A program made the position numbers and the translations under genes. This document shows, piece after piece, positions 48,340 to 50,241 of a DNA stretch of 50,241 nucleotides. Every line of letters starts with the position of its first letter. Positions within the stretch are counted from its first letter, which is position 1. The notes below the pieces were generated by a model. That model did not search any database and had not been told where the DNA came from. It saw only the letters and a list, made by a program, of their open reading frames with translations. This stretch comes from Candidatus Hodarchaeota archaeon (GTDB taxonomy: Archaea; Asgardarchaeota; Heimdallarchaeia; Hodarchaeales; Hodarchaeaceae): the NCBI GenBank assembly GCA_016840035.1, contig JAEOTC010000146.1:1-50241 (forward strand). Direction: 5' to 3'.

Positions 48340-49395
48340 ATGATTGAATCACAAGATACAGTATTAGAACTCCGAGATATCAGAGTTCACTTTTTCACCT
48401 ATGATGGTGTTGTGAAAGCTCTTGATGGAATCACTTTTGATGTATTCAAAGGAGAAAGCCTAGGACTAGTTGGTGAAACTGGTTGTGGAAAATCTGTCAC
48501 TGTTAGGTCAATTATGCGATTGATTGAAGATCCAGGGAAAATTGTAAATGGTACAATTATGTACAGAGACAAAGATATTCTACAAATGGATGAAGAAGAC
48601 GTTAGGAAACTTCGTGGTAAAAAAATCGCCATGATATTCCAAGATCCGATGACTTTCTTAAATCCATTAATTACCGTTGGAGAACAAGTCGCAGAAGTAA
48701 TTTTACTACATCAAGGATTACCCGGCTTAACTGAAGCCGAACAGGAGAAGGTTAAGAAGGATAAAATGCAAGAAATCCTAAAAGAAGAAGTAGTAAAAGT
48801 TTTCGAATTGGTTCGCCTTCCTGATGCCGCAAGTCTCTATACAAGATATCCTCACGAGCTTTCAGGAGGTATGCGTCAGCGTGTCATGATAGCAATGGCT
48901 ATCGCAAGTAACCCAGATGTAATGATTGCTGATGAAGCCACAACAGCACTGGATGTTACAATTCAGGCGCAGATATTAAAATTACTCCAAAACCTCAAGG
49001 ACGACTTAAATACAACATTGATTTTTGTCACACACAATCTTGGTATTATCGCAGAAATGTGTGATCGTGTCGCAATTTTCTATGGTGGACAAGTAGTGGA
49101 AGTAGCGCCCACTAAAGTAATTTTTAAAGAGCCAATCCATCCATATACCAAAGGACTACTAAAAGCCATTCCTCTTTTACACGCACCAAAAGAGACGTTA
49201 GATTCAATTCCTGGTGTGGTACCCAATCTTGTGAATCCTCCTGGAGGATGTAGATTTAACCCACGCTGTTATCTAGCGGAAAAAAATCCTGAGATCAAAG
49301 AAAGTCATTGCATAGTTACGAAACCCGATCTTTTGGAATATGGATCCAATCACCTTGTAGCATGTCACGTCCGAGCAAAGGAGCAGAACAAATAA
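48340..49395 (+). CDS. dppD: Peptide ABC transporter ATPase DppD/OppD
   Basis: GETGCGKS (Walker A), IFQDP, YPHELSGGMRQR, ADEATTALD, HPYT, GCRFNPRC...C...VACH. Confidence 0.95.
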   Translation: MIESQDTVLELRDIRVHFFTYDGVVKALDGITFDVFKGESLGLVGETGCGKSVTVRSIMRLIEDPGKIVNGTIMYRDKDILQMDEEDVRKLRGKKIAMIFQDPMTFLNPLITVGEQVAEVILLHQGLPGLTEAEQEKVKKDKMQEILKEEVVKVFELVRLPDAASLYTRYPHELSGGMRQRVMIAMAIASNPDVMIADEATTALDVTIQAQILKLLQNLKDDLNTTLIFVTHNLGIIAEMCDRVAIFYGGQVVEVAPTKVIFKEPIHPYTKGLLKAIPLLHAPKETLDSIPGVVPNLVNPPGGCRFNPRCYLAEKNPEIKESHCIVTKPDLLEYGSNHLVACHVRAKEQNK

Positions 49396-49400
49396 TAGAG

Positions 49401-50241
49401 ATGAAACCAATGAGTCAAACACAGAATATAGAAGAATCACCTAAATCATCTCCTCCAGAAGAAACTGGAAGCGGAAATCTTCTTGAGATAAAGGATCTTG
49501 TCAAATTTTTTCCTATCACAGGTGGAGTTCTCAGTAAAGTTATTGGTTGGGTACATGCAGTTGATCATGTTTCTTTCATAGTACCCAAAGGTAAAACGAT
49601 TGGTGTTGTTGGAGAATCTGGATGTGGAAAGACTACTTTAGGAAGAGCAGTTTTGAGATTAGTTGAACCTACTTCAGGGTCAATTATTTTTGATGATAAA
49701 GATCTTACTAAAATCCCCCAACGACGATTTAGAAAATATCGTAAGCGAATGCAGATCGTTTTTCAAGATCCCTATGCTAGCTTGAACCCCCGAATGATGG
49801 TTAAAGATATCTTAACAGAACCTTTACGAGTTCATAAGACCATACCCAAAGACAAAATTAATCCTTATGTTTTAGCCATTCTCAGAGAAGTTGGTTTAGA
49901 CAAAGAACATCTAAACCGATTCCCTCACGAATTCAGTGGAGGTCAAAGGCAACGAGTATGTATTGCCAGAGCTCTCGTCTTGAATCCCGATTTGCTCGTG
50001 CTAGATGAACCTACCGCATCAGTGGACGTATCTGTCCAAGCTAGAGTTTTAAATCTTTTAAAACGTATTCAGACACGACGAAACTTAACTTATATGTTTA
50101 TCAGTCATGATCTTTCGGTTGTAACTCATATGGCCGATATCATCCTCGTCATGTACCTGGGAAAAATTATGGAAATTGGCACTAAAACCATGTTTACCAT
50201 GGAGAAATCAAAAGTTCATCCTTATACTAGTGCTTTAGGAG
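49401..50241 (+). CDS. dppF: Peptide ABC transporter ATPase DppF/OppF (3'-truncated; absent from the supplied ORF track)
   Basis: Manual translation: MKPMSQTQ...LLEIKDLVKFFPI...HAVDHVSF...GESGCGKTTLGR...VFQDPYASLNPR...FPHEFSGGQRQR...LDEPT...HPYTSAL, open to the window end. Confidence 0.93.
   Translation, partial: MKPMSQTQNIEESPKSSPPEETGSGNLLEIKDLVKFFPITGGVLSKVIGWVHAVDHVSFIVPKGKTIGVVGESGCGKTTLGRAVLRLVEPTSGSIIFDDKDLTKIPQRRFRKYRKRMQIVFQDPYASLNPRMMVKDILTEPLRVHKTIPKDKINPYVLAILREVGLDKEHLNRFPHEFSGGQRQRVCIARALVLNPDLLVLDEPTASVDVSVQARVLNLLKRIQTRRNLTYMFISHDLSVVTHMADIILVMYLGKIMEIGTKTMFTMEKSKVHPYTSALG

Overview
AT-rich, gene-dense chromosomal window. It is most likely archaeal and probably Asgard (Heimdallarchaeia/Hodarchaeales-like); this is inferred from a longin-like gene, a long SNAP/TPR-like solenoid, oligo-T terminators and sequon-rich single-pass surface proteins, with no marker gene present. 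The centrepiece is a ~19 kb, translationally coupled minus-strand operon (24637->5667) of three large signal-peptide-bearing, C-terminally membrane-anchored, Ca2+-binding surface proteins. (A) 2224 aa: degenerate caspase/CHAT-like head, long amphipathic helical region, amphipathic beta-sheet region, >20 DxDxDG TSP3-type repeats. (B) 3178 aa: about 30 FG-GAP/VCBS blades with nested Asp-box and jelly-roll inserts. (C) 920 aa: six tandem PPC-like domains with no peptidase domain. Flanking genes are mscL (partial), tldD/pmbA, an Eis-like GNAT, an SDR, three alpha/beta hydrolases, a ferredoxin, acetoacetyl-CoA synthetase, DUF302, a GNAT, a nitroreductase, two radical SAM enzymes, an SLC13/ArsB-like transporter and an FtsX-like permease. 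The window ends in a dppBCDF operon whose DppC carries a five-blade FG-GAP propeller in its extracellular loop. No rRNA, tRNA, CRISPR array or mobile element was recognised. All domain calls are by-eye motif recognition; no searches were run.
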